The notes beneath the pieces are model-generated. The model worked only from the letters and a program-made list of their open reading frames with translations, ran no database searches and had not been told where the DNA came from. Positions 1-8,599 of a DNA stretch of 28,635 nucleotides are shown here, piece after piece. Source of the stretch: a virus. Its lineage: Duplodnaviria > Heunggongvirae > Uroviricota > Caudoviricetes. Every line of letters begins with the position of its first letter. The stretch's first letter is position 1. The stretch spans positions 1-28,635 of the IMG/VR virus record IMGVR_UViG_3300037418_000775, one strand, 5' to 3'. The position numbers were made by a program, and so were the translations under genes.

Positions 1-289
1 CATGGTCGCCTTTCTTGCAAAGCGGACAAACTTCACCCACAGTACCGACTTGTGCGCCGCACTCGCACGGACGAAAGCCTGTTCTGATTCGCCGCTTGGC
101 TTTGCAGGCACACAATATGCGGCTGTTTGGCAATTCTGTTTTACTCTCACCATCCACTTTACTCTCACCATCCACGGCTACGATAGCCTCGATGGTATCC
201 AGGATACGTTGATCTCGATCCTGAGCGTGCTCCCCGGGCTGGCGAGGGGAGGCAAGAGCCTCCCTGATGCGGCCAATCCTATTATCCAT
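1..289 (-). CDS. Cys-rich (putative Zn-finger) protein, truncated at window edge; not in ORF track
   Basis: ATG at 289 overlaps the stop of 282..689; open frame to base 1: MDNRIGRIREAL...LCACKAK...PCECGAQ...VCPLCKKGDH. Confidence 0.7.
   Translation of the reverse strand, partial: MDNRIGRIREALASPRQPGEHAQDRDQRILDTIEAIVAVDGESKVDGESKTELPNSRILCACKAKRRIRTGFRPCECGAQVGTVGEVCPLCKKGDH
140..175. repeat. Exact 18-bp tandem duplication TTTACTCTCACCATCCAC x2 (in-frame VDGESK x2)
   Basis: Copies read directly at 140-157 and 158-175. Confidence 0.95.
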
Positions 290-689
290 TGAACCGCCTC
301 GTTTCCTCACGCAACTCAGAGGCCATAGCCTCGATCTCGGAATAGTCCTTAGGAGCGGCTTTGAGATAGACTTTCTCATGCCGCTTGAAGATCAAGACCT
401 GGTAGTCCGAAGGCCACGCCTTCTCGTCGCTCTTGGTGTAGACCATGTAGCAGTTCTGCTTGTACTCCCGCATGAAACACGCGCCTACCACCAGGTCCGA
501 GAAGGGGACCAGACGCATGGTGTCATCCAGGCTACTCTGTACGGCTTGTTGCGGCGTGTGGGTGAGGATTTTACCGCCGTCTTGCTTAGGGACAGACTCC
601 GCCCTCGGCTTAGCCGTTGTTGCCTTGGTCTCTTGACCTGGTAGGCCGGACATCTGTCCGCCTACGAAGTTGAACTCGTTTTGTTTCAT
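282..689 (-). CDS. Hypothetical protein with N-terminal NExNFVGG tag (copy 1)
   Basis: 135 aa, SD GAGGAG, ATGA overlap with upstream gene; starts MKQNEFNFVGGQMSGLP. Confidence 0.85.
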   Translation of the reverse strand: MKQNEFNFVGGQMSGLPGQETKATTAKPRAESVPKQDGGKILTHTPQQAVQSSLDDTMRLVPFSDLVVGACFMREYKQNCYMVYTKSDEKAWPSDYQVLIFKRHEKVYLKAAPKDYSEIEAMASELREETRRFNG

Positions 690-853
690 GCTTTCTCCTC
701 GGGGTGATCATGTAAGTCAAGGTCACTTACGAAGAACGCTGCTCCTCCCTCGTTCTTGACGAGGTACTTGCCATAATTGGCCGAAGCCCGCTGCCTGTCG
801 CGTCCGATGACTGTGACCTTTTGCCAGCCATGGAACGGCATATAAACATACAT
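686..853 (-). CDS. Small hypothetical protein (55 aa); not in ORF track
   Basis: SD AGGAGG; MYVYMPFHGWQKVTVIGRD...HPEEKA*; stop overlaps next ATG (ATGA). Confidence 0.7.
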   Translation of the reverse strand: MYVYMPFHGWQKVTVIGRDRQRASANYGKYLVKNEGGAAFFVSDLDLHDHPEEKA

Positions 854-865
854 TCCCTATACCTC

Positions 866-991
866 CTAGAGATAGTGCCCCGGGTCGTGCCGCTTAGCGC
901 GGTCATACTCCGGGGTCCTGAATTGAATGGCGATTACCCAGACGACCCAGGCCAGCAACGGGCCGAAGGCGATGGCCAGGAACTCTATCAC
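866..991 (-). CDS. Small membrane protein (41 aa); not in ORF track
   Basis: GTG overlaps upstream TGA; MIEFLAIAFGPLLAWVVWVIAIQF is one hydrophobic helix; fills the gap exactly. Confidence 0.6.
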   Translation of the reverse strand: MIEFLAIAFGPLLAWVVWVIAIQFRTPEYDRAKRHDPGHYL

Positions 992-1938
992 GACGCCGTA
1001 GCCTCTGCGATGATCTCGGCCAGAGTGTCGGCCTCGTCTTCCGGGTTCTTGGTCTTGTCACCACGGGCCTTGGCTTTCTTCTCAGCCGTCTTCATCACGG
1101 GTTCCTCGGCGCGAATTGTTGCCGGGTGGCTGACGGCGACCTTGATCTCACACCCCATTCCGATAGCATCGGCATCGGACTTGAATACGTCCGCCGTGGT
1201 TCTCAGCATCTTTAGGGTTACAGGTGCCGCTTTCGCCGCGTCATAGGCCATCTTAGCCTCAGCCAGCCCTAAGTCTGTCGCAGCACGGATAGCCTTGATA
1301 GCCTTGATAGGTTCGGAGCAGCAGGTAGTCGTAGAGATGACGACCTCGACCTCTTCGGTCTCACCAACTTCGTCGTCGTCGCGGGCAATCTTGGACTTGA
1401 CCAGGTAGTTGCGAAGCAGGCCCGAGATGTTGCTGTACTCGGCCTCCTTCGAGATGAACTCCTCCTTGTCTTCGACGGTCTCTTCCTCGGCATCCACGTC
1501 TTCAGCCATGAGCGCCACCATATCGGTATCGCCCAGGCTGTCCAGGATACCCTCGATGAGGAAGTCCTCGCTATCCACGCCCTCCGTAGAGGGGGCGATG
1601 ATAGCGGCCAACTTTGCCTCTGCGATCTGACCCTCGGCCATGTCACGCAGTTTATTGAACAACTGTCCCTGCGTGAGGAAGGCGATGCGCTTATTGAACC
1701 AGCGCCCCACCACACCGGAGACAGGCTCATCAATGGGACCGCCGTTCTGATCCGCCACCTTCGGGGATGCAGTAAGCAGACCCAAGGCTTTGAGAGGCAG
1801 GGTAGTATTGCCCTGGATTGCTAACGAGATATCTCGAATCTCGTCCGACATGAACTCCTGCTCCCGATTGCTGTAGAGCATGGACGGGTAGAAGAACTCG
1901 TACGTGTCAGGGCATACGATGATGAATGGAGTGGTCAT
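988..1938 (-). CDS. Acidic protein with ribosomal L7/L12 C-terminal (ClpS-like fold) domain
   Basis: IKAIKAIRAATDLGLAEAKMAYDAAKAAPVTLK...GCEIKV resembles the bL12 CTD pattern (IKxxRxxTxLGLxEAK...APxxxK); SD GGAGG; alternative start 1851. Confidence 0.7.
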   Translation of the reverse strand: MTTPFIIVCPDTYEFFYPSMLYSNREQEFMSDEIRDISLAIQGNTTLPLKALGLLTASPKVADQNGGPIDEPVSGVVGRWFNKRIAFLTQGQLFNKLRDMAEGQIAEAKLAAIIAPSTEGVDSEDFLIEGILDSLGDTDMVALMAEDVDAEEETVEDKEEFISKEAEYSNISGLLRNYLVKSKIARDDDEVGETEEVEVVISTTTCCSEPIKAIKAIRAATDLGLAEAKMAYDAAKAAPVTLKMLRTTADVFKSDADAIGMGCEIKVAVSHPATIRAEEPVMKTAEKKAKARGDKTKNPEDEADTLAEIIAEATAS

Positions 1939-2241
1939 TTATTGTACCTCCGGCTTGTCGCTGACGACGGACATCTCTTCGTTGCGCCCACACTCCGGGC
2001 ACTTCAGGAAGAAGCGGACTTTGTTGTTGAGATTGAGGGTGACTCGGTGGGACTTGGCCTGGTATACCAGCGCAGTCCAACCGAGCATGAACAACCAGAC
2101 TAGGTCCATGAGTCGCGGCTCCTGGCCCAGAATACGCCCCCACACAAGGCAGAGGAAGACGACGATAGTCAGCACCTTCGCAAAGGCGCATTGAACCTCG
2201 TCGTCTTTCCAGTACACTAAGAATGCTTTCAGATATTTCAT
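1939..2241 (-). CDS. Membrane protein (2 TM) with C-terminal CPEC motif
   Basis: Two hydrophobic segments; CPECG; ATGA overlap with upstream gene. Confidence 0.75.
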   Translation of the reverse strand: MKYLKAFLVYWKDDEVQCAFAKVLTIVVFLCLVWGRILGQEPRLMDLVWLFMLGWTALVYQAKSHRVTLNLNNKVRFFLKCPECGRNEEMSVVSDKPEVQ

Positions 2242-2945
2242 ACCCCCGCTCCTTTCACAGCAAAGCCTTTGGGAATGTCAAGCCGTTCTTTCTGACGGCG
2301 TAGGATTCTATCCACCCCGAAGCCGTCCAGGTTGTCGTCGTCCATCAGGTCAGACGGGAAGGCCAGGAACCGTAGCCCCTGCGCCGGACCATCCACCACC
2401 TGCACCGCATACAGCGGACACAACCCGACCGTGATGGTGTGTCCGGGCTGGTGTTCGACTACCCGGACACGATGGGTGAACGGTTCGAGGAACGGCACCG
2501 CACCGATCTTCGAACTCACCGGGGCTGAGGGAAGACCGGGAATGATACTCGCCAGGAACTCCGGGCTGTTGTTCTTGGTGATGTACTCATCCCGTAACGT
2601 GGTACGCATGATGAGCCACAGTTCGTCGCCCACTTTGAAGCGGCGTTCGATGCCCGTGCCTGCTTCCCACAGAAAGCCCTTGGGGTGCAACTCAACGGGT
2701 CGCCCCATCATGTCCGTCATCAGGACGGTGGACATGGGATTGATTGGCTCGCGTTTGTCGCGTTCCGTACGAACAACCCCAATGCTCGGTACTACCCCGC
2801 CACGATCCCGAACCCGGAACACCCGGGATGATGACCCGCCATTCTTACTCGGAGTGGGGGTAGAGGAAGGGGTGGACGTGGCGGGCAAGCCCGCCATCGA
2901 TCCACCCACGAAGTTCTGTTCGTTCTTCTCTTCTTTGTCTGTCAT
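2238..2945 (-). CDS. Hypothetical protein with N-terminal NExNFVGG tag (copy 2)
   Basis: 235 aa, SD GGAGG; MTDKEEKNEQNFVGGSMAGLP then S/T/P linker; immediately downstream of the vWA gene. Confidence 0.85.
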   Translation of the reverse strand: MTDKEEKNEQNFVGGSMAGLPATSTPSSTPTPSKNGGSSSRVFRVRDRGGVVPSIGVVRTERDKREPINPMSTVLMTDMMGRPVELHPKGFLWEAGTGIERRFKVGDELWLIMRTTLRDEYITKNNSPEFLASIIPGLPSAPVSSKIGAVPFLEPFTHRVRVVEHQPGHTITVGLCPLYAVQVVDGPAQGLRFLAFPSDLMDDDNLDGFGVDRILRRQKERLDIPKGFAVKGAGV

Positions 2946-2951
2946 TGTTGT

Positions 2952-4940
2952 TTACCTCCGGCCTCTGACTTTGCTAGAGACCATACGTTTCAAGTGATGG
3001 CCGAGCACGGGACCAACCGTGTCGTCCGTCACCTTATCAGCAAAGCGATCCCCGACGTAGCGTTTTGCCACCCGAGCATCCACTCCGAGGGTCAGGACGA
3101 CCATCTCGATCCCCTTACCCTTCATGTACTTGATGGCCTCGTCCGTACCGTGGTCGGTGAACTGCCCATCGGTGAGCACGATACACAGACGGCGGTCTAC
3201 GTTCAAGTCCTTCATCTGGTTAGCGATCTGGATGAACGCATCGGCGTTCTCGGTCCCGCCGTCTACGTTGCCCGTAAGGTCCGTCATAATGTACTGCTTC
3301 TTCTCCTGTGACAGCGGCTCTTTGAAGCCCTTGACGACGGTGAAGTTGTCATCGAAACGGAAGATACCGAGTTTCACCTCACGGTACTTAGCGATGGCCT
3401 CGGTGAGTGCCACGCAAAGCCTCGTTGCGAACGTCCACTTGGCACCGTACTTGCCGCTGTTCTCGTGGCCTGATGACCACGGCTGATAGATGCGCTCGTA
3501 GTACGCGGCACGACGCCCTGACGACGCCTTACCCGGGACCTCAATGCGCTCGCCCAATCCACCGAAGGCTTCGGGGGCAGGACGCACGTCCTCTTCGAAC
3601 GACTGCATCGAACCCGACGCATCCACCAACAGCGCCACCGCATAGGACAACTGCCCATGCTGATCCGGTTTCGAGTACACTCGGTCGCTGTCCGTGATCT
3701 CCGCACGGATGAGCGAACGGCTGTGCAACTTGCCGGACTTGTAGCCGGGTGACCGGGTAGCAATCTCGTTCTCGCGGAGATACTTACGGGTTTGCTTCAC
3801 GATGGGGCCAATCATGTTCGAGGCCGACATACGAACCAGCGACCATGCAGGCCCTTGATACGGGGCCTTCTTCTTGGTGGTCGGGGGGCTAAAGCCAGCA
3901 CCACCGCCGCCGTTGTTGAACGAGGACTCCGGTTCTCCCGGTGTGCCTTTATCGTACTCGTCTTGGAGTTCGGTGATTGGCGGGGGCCCGCCCTTGCCAC
4001 CCTTGCCGTCGTCTTTGTCCTTACCGTCCTTACCATCGCCGTCGCCCTTGCCGTCGTCCTTGTCCGGTTTGTCCTTACTCTTACCGGAACCGGAACCACC
4101 GGAGCCAGAGCCTTCACCTTCTCCCTCGCCTTCGCCGTCACCGTCGCCGTCACCGTTCTTCGGTTGCTCGGGTGGCTCGTAGTATTCTTCGCGGAACTTG
4201 ACGAACGAGGGAACCAGCGAGGAGAACCGTTCCATGAGTTGGTCAACCGATGATGCACGGCGCAGGTCTTGAACTGCGTCCACCGTGAGTTCATCCCACG
4301 GCATATCTTCCGGCAGGTCTTCGCCCGTGATTGCACCGGATACCAGGCCACGGACTGCGGTCTTGACGCGCTCCCAATATAGGGACTTACCGTCTGCCGT
4401 CAGCGACCCGGGAGGGGACACGTTCTTCAGCATCTCACGGTCTTTGTCCCATTGGTTCTTGCGCCACCCACCGTCCACGCGGGGCAGGTAGGTCTTGTCC
4501 AAGTTCTGGTACTCACCGCGCATGATGCTTTCCATGCGCTCGTCTTCAGCGGCTTCGATGATACTGAAGACGTTGCCCGGATGGATGGCCTTACCCGTCT
4601 TCGAGACCTTGTCTGCCGCAGTTGCTACCCGGCCACAATGTTGCTTGATGTTGTACCGGGACTGCGAGTTGTGAGCGTGGCCGATCTCATGGAAGATGAG
4701 ACCGGGCGCGGCTTGCGGCGGCAGGTCGAGCAACTGCTGACGGTTGTACGTCAGGATGCCCTTCTTGTCACCCCTCGGCGGCTGATAGGTGAAGGCTTCA
4801 CCCGGTCTCATTTCGATGTTGAGTTGCAGGCCGATCATCTCCGTGATGTTGGCCAGAGTTTCAACCGAGAGACGCTTCTCGGTGAAGAGATTGGCCGCTT
4901 CGAGCGACCGAGTTACTGAGTCCAGATCAGTACTTGCCAC
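2952..4940 (-). CDS. CobT/NorD-like vWA protein with N-terminal HExxH putative metallopeptidase domain and G/D/K-rich linker
   Basis: HEIGH (4677-4691) then AEDERME; GDGDGEGEGEGSGS linker; MIDAS elements DASGSM, GGTE, LTDG; adjacent to AAA gene. Confidence 0.85.
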   Translation of the reverse strand: MASTDLDSVTRSLEAANLFTEKRLSVETLANITEMIGLQLNIEMRPGEAFTYQPPRGDKKGILTYNRQQLLDLPPQAAPGLIFHEIGHAHNSQSRYNIKQHCGRVATAADKVSKTGKAIHPGNVFSIIEAAEDERMESIMRGEYQNLDKTYLPRVDGGWRKNQWDKDREMLKNVSPPGSLTADGKSLYWERVKTAVRGLVSGAITGEDLPEDMPWDELTVDAVQDLRRASSVDQLMERFSSLVPSFVKFREEYYEPPEQPKNGDGDGDGEGEGEGEGSGSGGSGSGKSKDKPDKDDGKGDGDGKDGKDKDDGKGGKGGPPPITELQDEYDKGTPGEPESSFNNGGGGAGFSPPTTKKKAPYQGPAWSLVRMSASNMIGPIVKQTRKYLRENEIATRSPGYKSGKLHSRSLIRAEITDSDRVYSKPDQHGQLSYAVALLVDASGSMQSFEEDVRPAPEAFGGLGERIEVPGKASSGRRAAYYERIYQPWSSGHENSGKYGAKWTFATRLCVALTEAIAKYREVKLGIFRFDDNFTVVKGFKEPLSQEKKQYIMTDLTGNVDGGTENADAFIQIANQMKDLNVDRRLCIVLTDGQFTDHGTDEAIKYMKGKGIEMVVLTLGVDARVAKRYVGDRFADKVTDDTVGPVLGHHLKRMVSSKVRGRR

Positions 4941-5187
4941 GATTGATTGCCTCCTTGATCTCCTGCTTCTGCGATTCGGTCAGCGGGTTAATCTTAACCG
5001 CGCCCTGTGCTTTGGCAGCGGCAAGCGCACAGGTTATACAGATGATAACCGTATCGTTCGGGGAGGTGGCCTGAATCTCCCGGGAAGAAGGGGCAACCAT
5101 AACAGGTGCCCCACACTCACTACAGGAGTCCGGGGCTGCCCCCGGGATATTTGCTACCGGACCACAGACGATTGCTTGGTTAGCCAT
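4927..5187 (-). CDS. Small Zn-finger protein between AAA and vWA genes
   Basis: CSECG...CITC; overlaps both neighbours. Confidence 0.75.
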   Translation of the reverse strand: MANQAIVCGPVANIPGAAPDSCSECGAPVMVAPSSREIQATSPNDTVIICITCALAAAKAQGAVKINPLTESQKQEIKEAINRGKY

Positions 5188-6383
5188 TAGAAGCGGGTCC
5201 CGACGAGAGCAGTAACAGCGTCGGTTTCCGCCTTGTCGCCCAGGTTGGCGACGGTGTTGATCACGCAGATTTCGACAGCGCGCTTCACGCTGAACTCCAT
5301 CTCCGTGATGAGTTTGCTGATCTTGACCAGATCACGGGTGGACACGGAGTACACGATGTTCTCCGGGTCTTTCTTCTTCCGAGCCCGGACTTCCGAAGCG
5401 AACCGGACCAGGTTCTTGATGACGTTCTTGTCGAGCGTCGGGAAGTTCGAGGCGAGAATCTTGGCCTCTTTCGCCTCGTCCGGGTAGTCCACGTTGAACA
5501 CGTAGGGCCGCCCCAACTGCGCCAGGTTGAGTTCGTTCGTTCCGGCGTAGGAGGTCGGGTTCATCGTGCCCACCCAGCGGAAGTTCTTGTGGCGCGGGAT
5601 GACCTCGCCGTTGTTGTTGGTGAGTACCAGGTCAGCCCCGGCCTCGTTGATCATCTGGTACACCATCAGCGGGCCCGCTTTGAGGGCATTGATTTCGTCT
5701 GCCAGATAGATGAGGCCGTCACGTACTGCACGGGCCAGCGGGCCGTACTCGTACCCGATGGAGCCGTCCGCACGTTTCACCATCTTGCCGAGGATGTCTT
5801 CCACTTCGGTGTGCGCGTCGTGACCCATACGGATGACGCCCCATCCGAGTTCTTCGCCGTAGTGATAGACTTCGGCAGTCTTACCGACGCCAGCCTCACC
5901 GACGAACAGCAAGGGAATCTCCCCTGCCGCGAAGATGCGGGCTCGTTCCGCCATCTCATCGGAGCCGTCAATGTACTTGAACTTGAGTTTCGGGGACAGC
6001 ACATGGGGCGGTACCATTCGCTCCAGACCGAAGAAGTGGTCCTTATCGGTCTTGAACTTACCTGCCGTGGCGACGGTCGCGGTCTTGCCGCTACCCGTAC
6101 TGCTCGCCGTGGATACGGAACTGTCCGCCTTGGCGATGGTTTCGGACAGCGCCTGTTTGAAGGCGTTGACCGCGCTCGATACGATGGTGGCCTTGTTGTT
6201 CTTCACCATCTCCGGCGTATATCCAGCGGCCTTCATAATCGCCACCCAACGCTCTTGGACTGCGGCGATCTGAGCGGGGCCCAGACTCTTGCTGGACATG
6301 GCCTTGATGTAGGGTTCGGGGAAGTACCACTTCTCGCCACCTACCTCGATGGTTACGAGAGTGTTTCCTGCGGTTCTGCTCAT
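5187..6383 (-). CDS. MoxR-class AAA+ ATPase (CbbQ/NirQ/CobS-like)
   Basis: Walker A GEAGVGKT, Walker B YLADEIN, sensor GTMNP, C-terminal STRDL; SD GGAGG. Confidence 0.9.
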   Translation of the reverse strand: MSRTAGNTLVTIEVGGEKWYFPEPYIKAMSSKSLGPAQIAAVQERWVAIMKAAGYTPEMVKNNKATIVSSAVNAFKQALSETIAKADSSVSTASSTGSGKTATVATAGKFKTDKDHFFGLERMVPPHVLSPKLKFKYIDGSDEMAERARIFAAGEIPLLFVGEAGVGKTAEVYHYGEELGWGVIRMGHDAHTEVEDILGKMVKRADGSIGYEYGPLARAVRDGLIYLADEINALKAGPLMVYQMINEAGADLVLTNNNGEVIPRHKNFRWVGTMNPTSYAGTNELNLAQLGRPYVFNVDYPDEAKEAKILASNFPTLDKNVIKNLVRFASEVRARKKKDPENIVYSVSTRDLVKISKLITEMEFSVKRAVEICVINTVANLGDKAETDAVTALVGTRF

Positions 6384-6465
6384 TAAGTTGGGTCCTCCAT
6401 GTAGTTAAGTGTTAGTAAACAGCGAATGGGGCCAGCCAGCCCCTGAGCGTCCGTACTACCAAAGT

Positions 6466-6495
6466 AGGTTAGCACGTTCCTTCCTCTTGCGTCAA
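6466..6495 (-). promoter_or_regulatory. Possible sigma70-like promoter for the AAA/vWA unit, with degenerate operator
   Basis: Minus strand TTGACG-N18-TAACCT; overlaps CTACC-AAAGTA-GGTTA at 6456-6471. Confidence 0.45.
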
Positions 6496-7271
6496 TCACC
6501 CCCTTTCATAGCCGTGGCTACGATACTGTCAAGTTCGTCGCAGTACTCGCCATCGGCTTCGTCCTCTGATTCGCACTTGTGGGCACAGAGAACTGCTTGG
6601 GTTGAGAATACCGTATTGCACGAGAAGCAGTAGGGGTGTGTGGATTGTAAGTGGGTGTCTCTGTCCTCTCTAGTTGTAAATGTCACGTAGCCACCGGAGC
6701 CGTTGACCGTGCATACTGCACAGATCAGTGAGGGGTCCGGTGGCAGTTTATCCTCAGTAGCCTCTTCCGCATCAGGGTCGCCATATTCGAGTACCGACCA
6801 CCCGTCGCCGGACAGAATATCCCGGACGGCATCCAACAAGTCCGAAGCCCGGTACCAAGTAGTCTGATAAGGAGGGTGGCCGTCTACGTCCTTCTGAACG
6901 GCCTCGACCAACTTAGTCAGTTGCGCCACCATCCACTCTTTTGTGATCTCCGGCTCTGCAGGGATAGACCCGATAATCTCTTCTACCAGGTCAGGCTCGG
7001 CTTCACCGAGAGCCTCTTGGGCTTCGGTGGTGAACGCCACGGTCGCGTCTTCACCCTCCTTACTCGCTGAGAAGTGCCGCTTGTAGTGCTCACTCCCGTC
7101 CGGCTTACGCAGGCCGAGTTTCACCGCGCGAATCTTAACCGCGTTCTCGGTGCGGGCAAACATCTTTGCCACCACCGGGATAGCGGCTTCACCCATCGAA
7201 GCATACTGACCACGCAGGCTAGAATCCTCGGAAGGGGTCCAGGCTCTAAAGCCCTTCTTCGTGAATCCCAT
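6492..7271 (-). CDS. Putative DNA-binding protein (N-terminal HTH/Myb-like, C-terminal Zn fingers)
   Basis: WTPSEDSSLRGQY...IPVVAKMFARTENAVKIRAVKLGL; CAVC...HLQSTH; CFSC...CAHKC. Confidence 0.65.
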   Translation of the reverse strand: MGFTKKGFRAWTPSEDSSLRGQYASMGEAAIPVVAKMFARTENAVKIRAVKLGLRKPDGSEHYKRHFSASKEGEDATVAFTTEAQEALGEAEPDLVEEIIGSIPAEPEITKEWMVAQLTKLVEAVQKDVDGHPPYQTTWYRASDLLDAVRDILSGDGWSVLEYGDPDAEEATEDKLPPDPSLICAVCTVNGSGGYVTFTTREDRDTHLQSTHPYCFSCNTVFSTQAVLCAHKCESEDEADGEYCDELDSIVATAMKGGD

Positions 7272-7273
7272 GA

Positions 7274-7648
7274 CTAATTCTCCTCTCGTCGTGCTTCTTG
7301 TATGGCTTGTTCGACAGCATCGTCGAACACGTCACCGACATTCTCCATAACCTCACGCACTACCCGGTCAAAGTGCGTTCCAGGAATGCCGTGCGCCTCA
7401 AGAGTATACCCCTCGGAAACCTTCGAGGAAAGCAGTCTGTCGTAGACGCCGTCTGCCTGCTCTTTGAACGGGCCGCCATAATAGACCTTGCGATTCCGGT
7501 GAAGACGGTTCGGCTCTAAACTGCCGCGTCTGCCCCACTCCCCGACGACCTGCTCATGGGAGGGTGGGAACGACCATTGAGTGATGCGGTACTCCTTATC
7601 ATGCTTCCCCTCGGTGAAGTACAGCATGACCTCGCGGACCTTGCCCAT
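7274..7648 (-). CDS. Stand-alone WGR-domain protein
   Basis: LYFTEGKHDKEY...EWGRRG...YDRLLSSKVSEGY fits the WGR pattern. Confidence 0.8.
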   Translation of the reverse strand: MGKVREVMLYFTEGKHDKEYRITQWSFPPSHEQVVGEWGRRGSLEPNRLHRNRKVYYGGPFKEQADGVYDRLLSSKVSEGYTLEAHGIPGTHFDRVVREVMENVGDVFDDAVEQAIQEARREEN

Positions 7649-7649
7649 G

Positions 7650-7862
7650 CTACGTGTCCCCCGTTTGGTCGTTTGCGCGGCGTTTGGGTGTGGAAATATC
7701 GCCCGTGCTAGAGGGCAGACTGTCCCCTCCGCTAGGCGGCTTACGAAGATTGATAAAACTCTGGAGCATATTTAGTTCGGCGCTGGCCATGCACCGTATC
7801 TTGGCGGCAAAGAAATCCCACGTTTCTTTATCCACCGTCCCATCCCTCGCTCCGGCTGTCAT
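7650..7862 (-). CDS. Hypothetical protein
   Basis: Likely start ATG 7862 overlapping the upstream TGA; track gives 7880. Confidence 0.6.
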   Translation of the reverse strand: MTAGARDGTVDKETWDFFAAKIRCMASAELNMLQSFINLRKPPSGGDSLPSSTGDISTPKRRANDQTGDT

Positions 7863-7978
7863 TTCCACACCACCATACACAGACAGACCATGATGAACAA
7901 CACGAGCAGGGCTATGGATTCATGGCCCGGTGTGTCCGTGCTGTCCTGGTACTCTTCCCATTCGTCAGTCGGTTTCAT
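7859..7978 (-). CDS. Small membrane protein (39 aa); not in ORF track
   Basis: MKPTDEWEEY...SIALLVLFIMVCLCMVVWK*; overlaps both neighbours. Confidence 0.6.
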   Translation of the reverse strand: MKPTDEWEEYQDSTDTPGHESIALLVLFIMVCLCMVVWK

Positions 7979-8450
7979 TCAGCGCCTCCTCAATGGCAGC
8001 ATCCGAGGCCGCTTCACGGACCTCGGCTTCGAGTACAGCATCGGCTACGACCGATTCGATCTTCTCTTCAGGGATAGGCGGGTGGCCTCGGTACGAGCAC
8101 TCGTGGCAGATGGCCACCAACTTCTGTGCGGGTACCTCCCAATGCCACACAGTATGACGATACCAAAGTGAGGCATTACACCAAGCACAGTCAGGCTGTG
8201 TGAGCAACGGCTTAGTGTCCAGTACGATCTCCCATCCGTCCCGGCGCTGATTCAGTTTGAGCAACTGAGCCTCACGCTTCTCGTAAGTGATAGCGTTCAT
8301 GGCCTGACCACGGTTCGAGTGAACCTTGAACACCGGACTACGCATCGGGATATTCGTAGCCCACTCAGGCATCGCTACCTGTTTGCCTCGGGTCTTGCCG
8401 GGTGTACTACCAGGCAAGCCAGGTGGTGGTGGCGGAAGTTTGTAACTCAC
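7965..8450 (-). CDS. Zn-finger protein with Pro-rich N-terminus
   Basis: GTG start after GAGGAAAGC overlapping upstream TGA; CAWC...CHEC; acidic tail. Confidence 0.65.
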   Translation of the reverse strand: MSYKLPPPPPGLPGSTPGKTRGKQVAMPEWATNIPMRSPVFKVHSNRGQAMNAITYEKREAQLLKLNQRRDGWEIVLDTKPLLTQPDCAWCNASLWYRHTVWHWEVPAQKLVAICHECSYRGHPPIPEEKIESVVADAVLEAEVREAASDAAIEEALNETD

Positions 8451-8599
8451 GCTTTCCTCGCTTTCAGATAGCCACGTTGTTCCCACTTGACTCTGGCAGT
8501 ATGGTAGGCGATGACCATACTCGAACCGTTGGCCTTGGCCCGATTCGCTTTGGCGTTGCAGAGTCCGAACAGTCGGGCTCTGCGATGCTCAATGTTCAC
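8447..8599 (-). CDS. Small basic protein (50 aa)
   Basis: GTGA overlap with 8596..8946; distal part of track ORF 8447..8674. Confidence 0.55.
   Translation of the reverse strand: MNIEHRRARLFGLCNAKANRAKANGSSMVIAYHTARVKWEQRGYLKARKA

Noticed and set aside
6082-6110. Second Walker A (TGSGKT) in the AAA protein
   Set aside because: It sits in a Ser/Thr-rich linker with no preceding hydrophobic strand, and the spacing does not fit GxxxxGKT; the true P-loop is GEAGVGKT.
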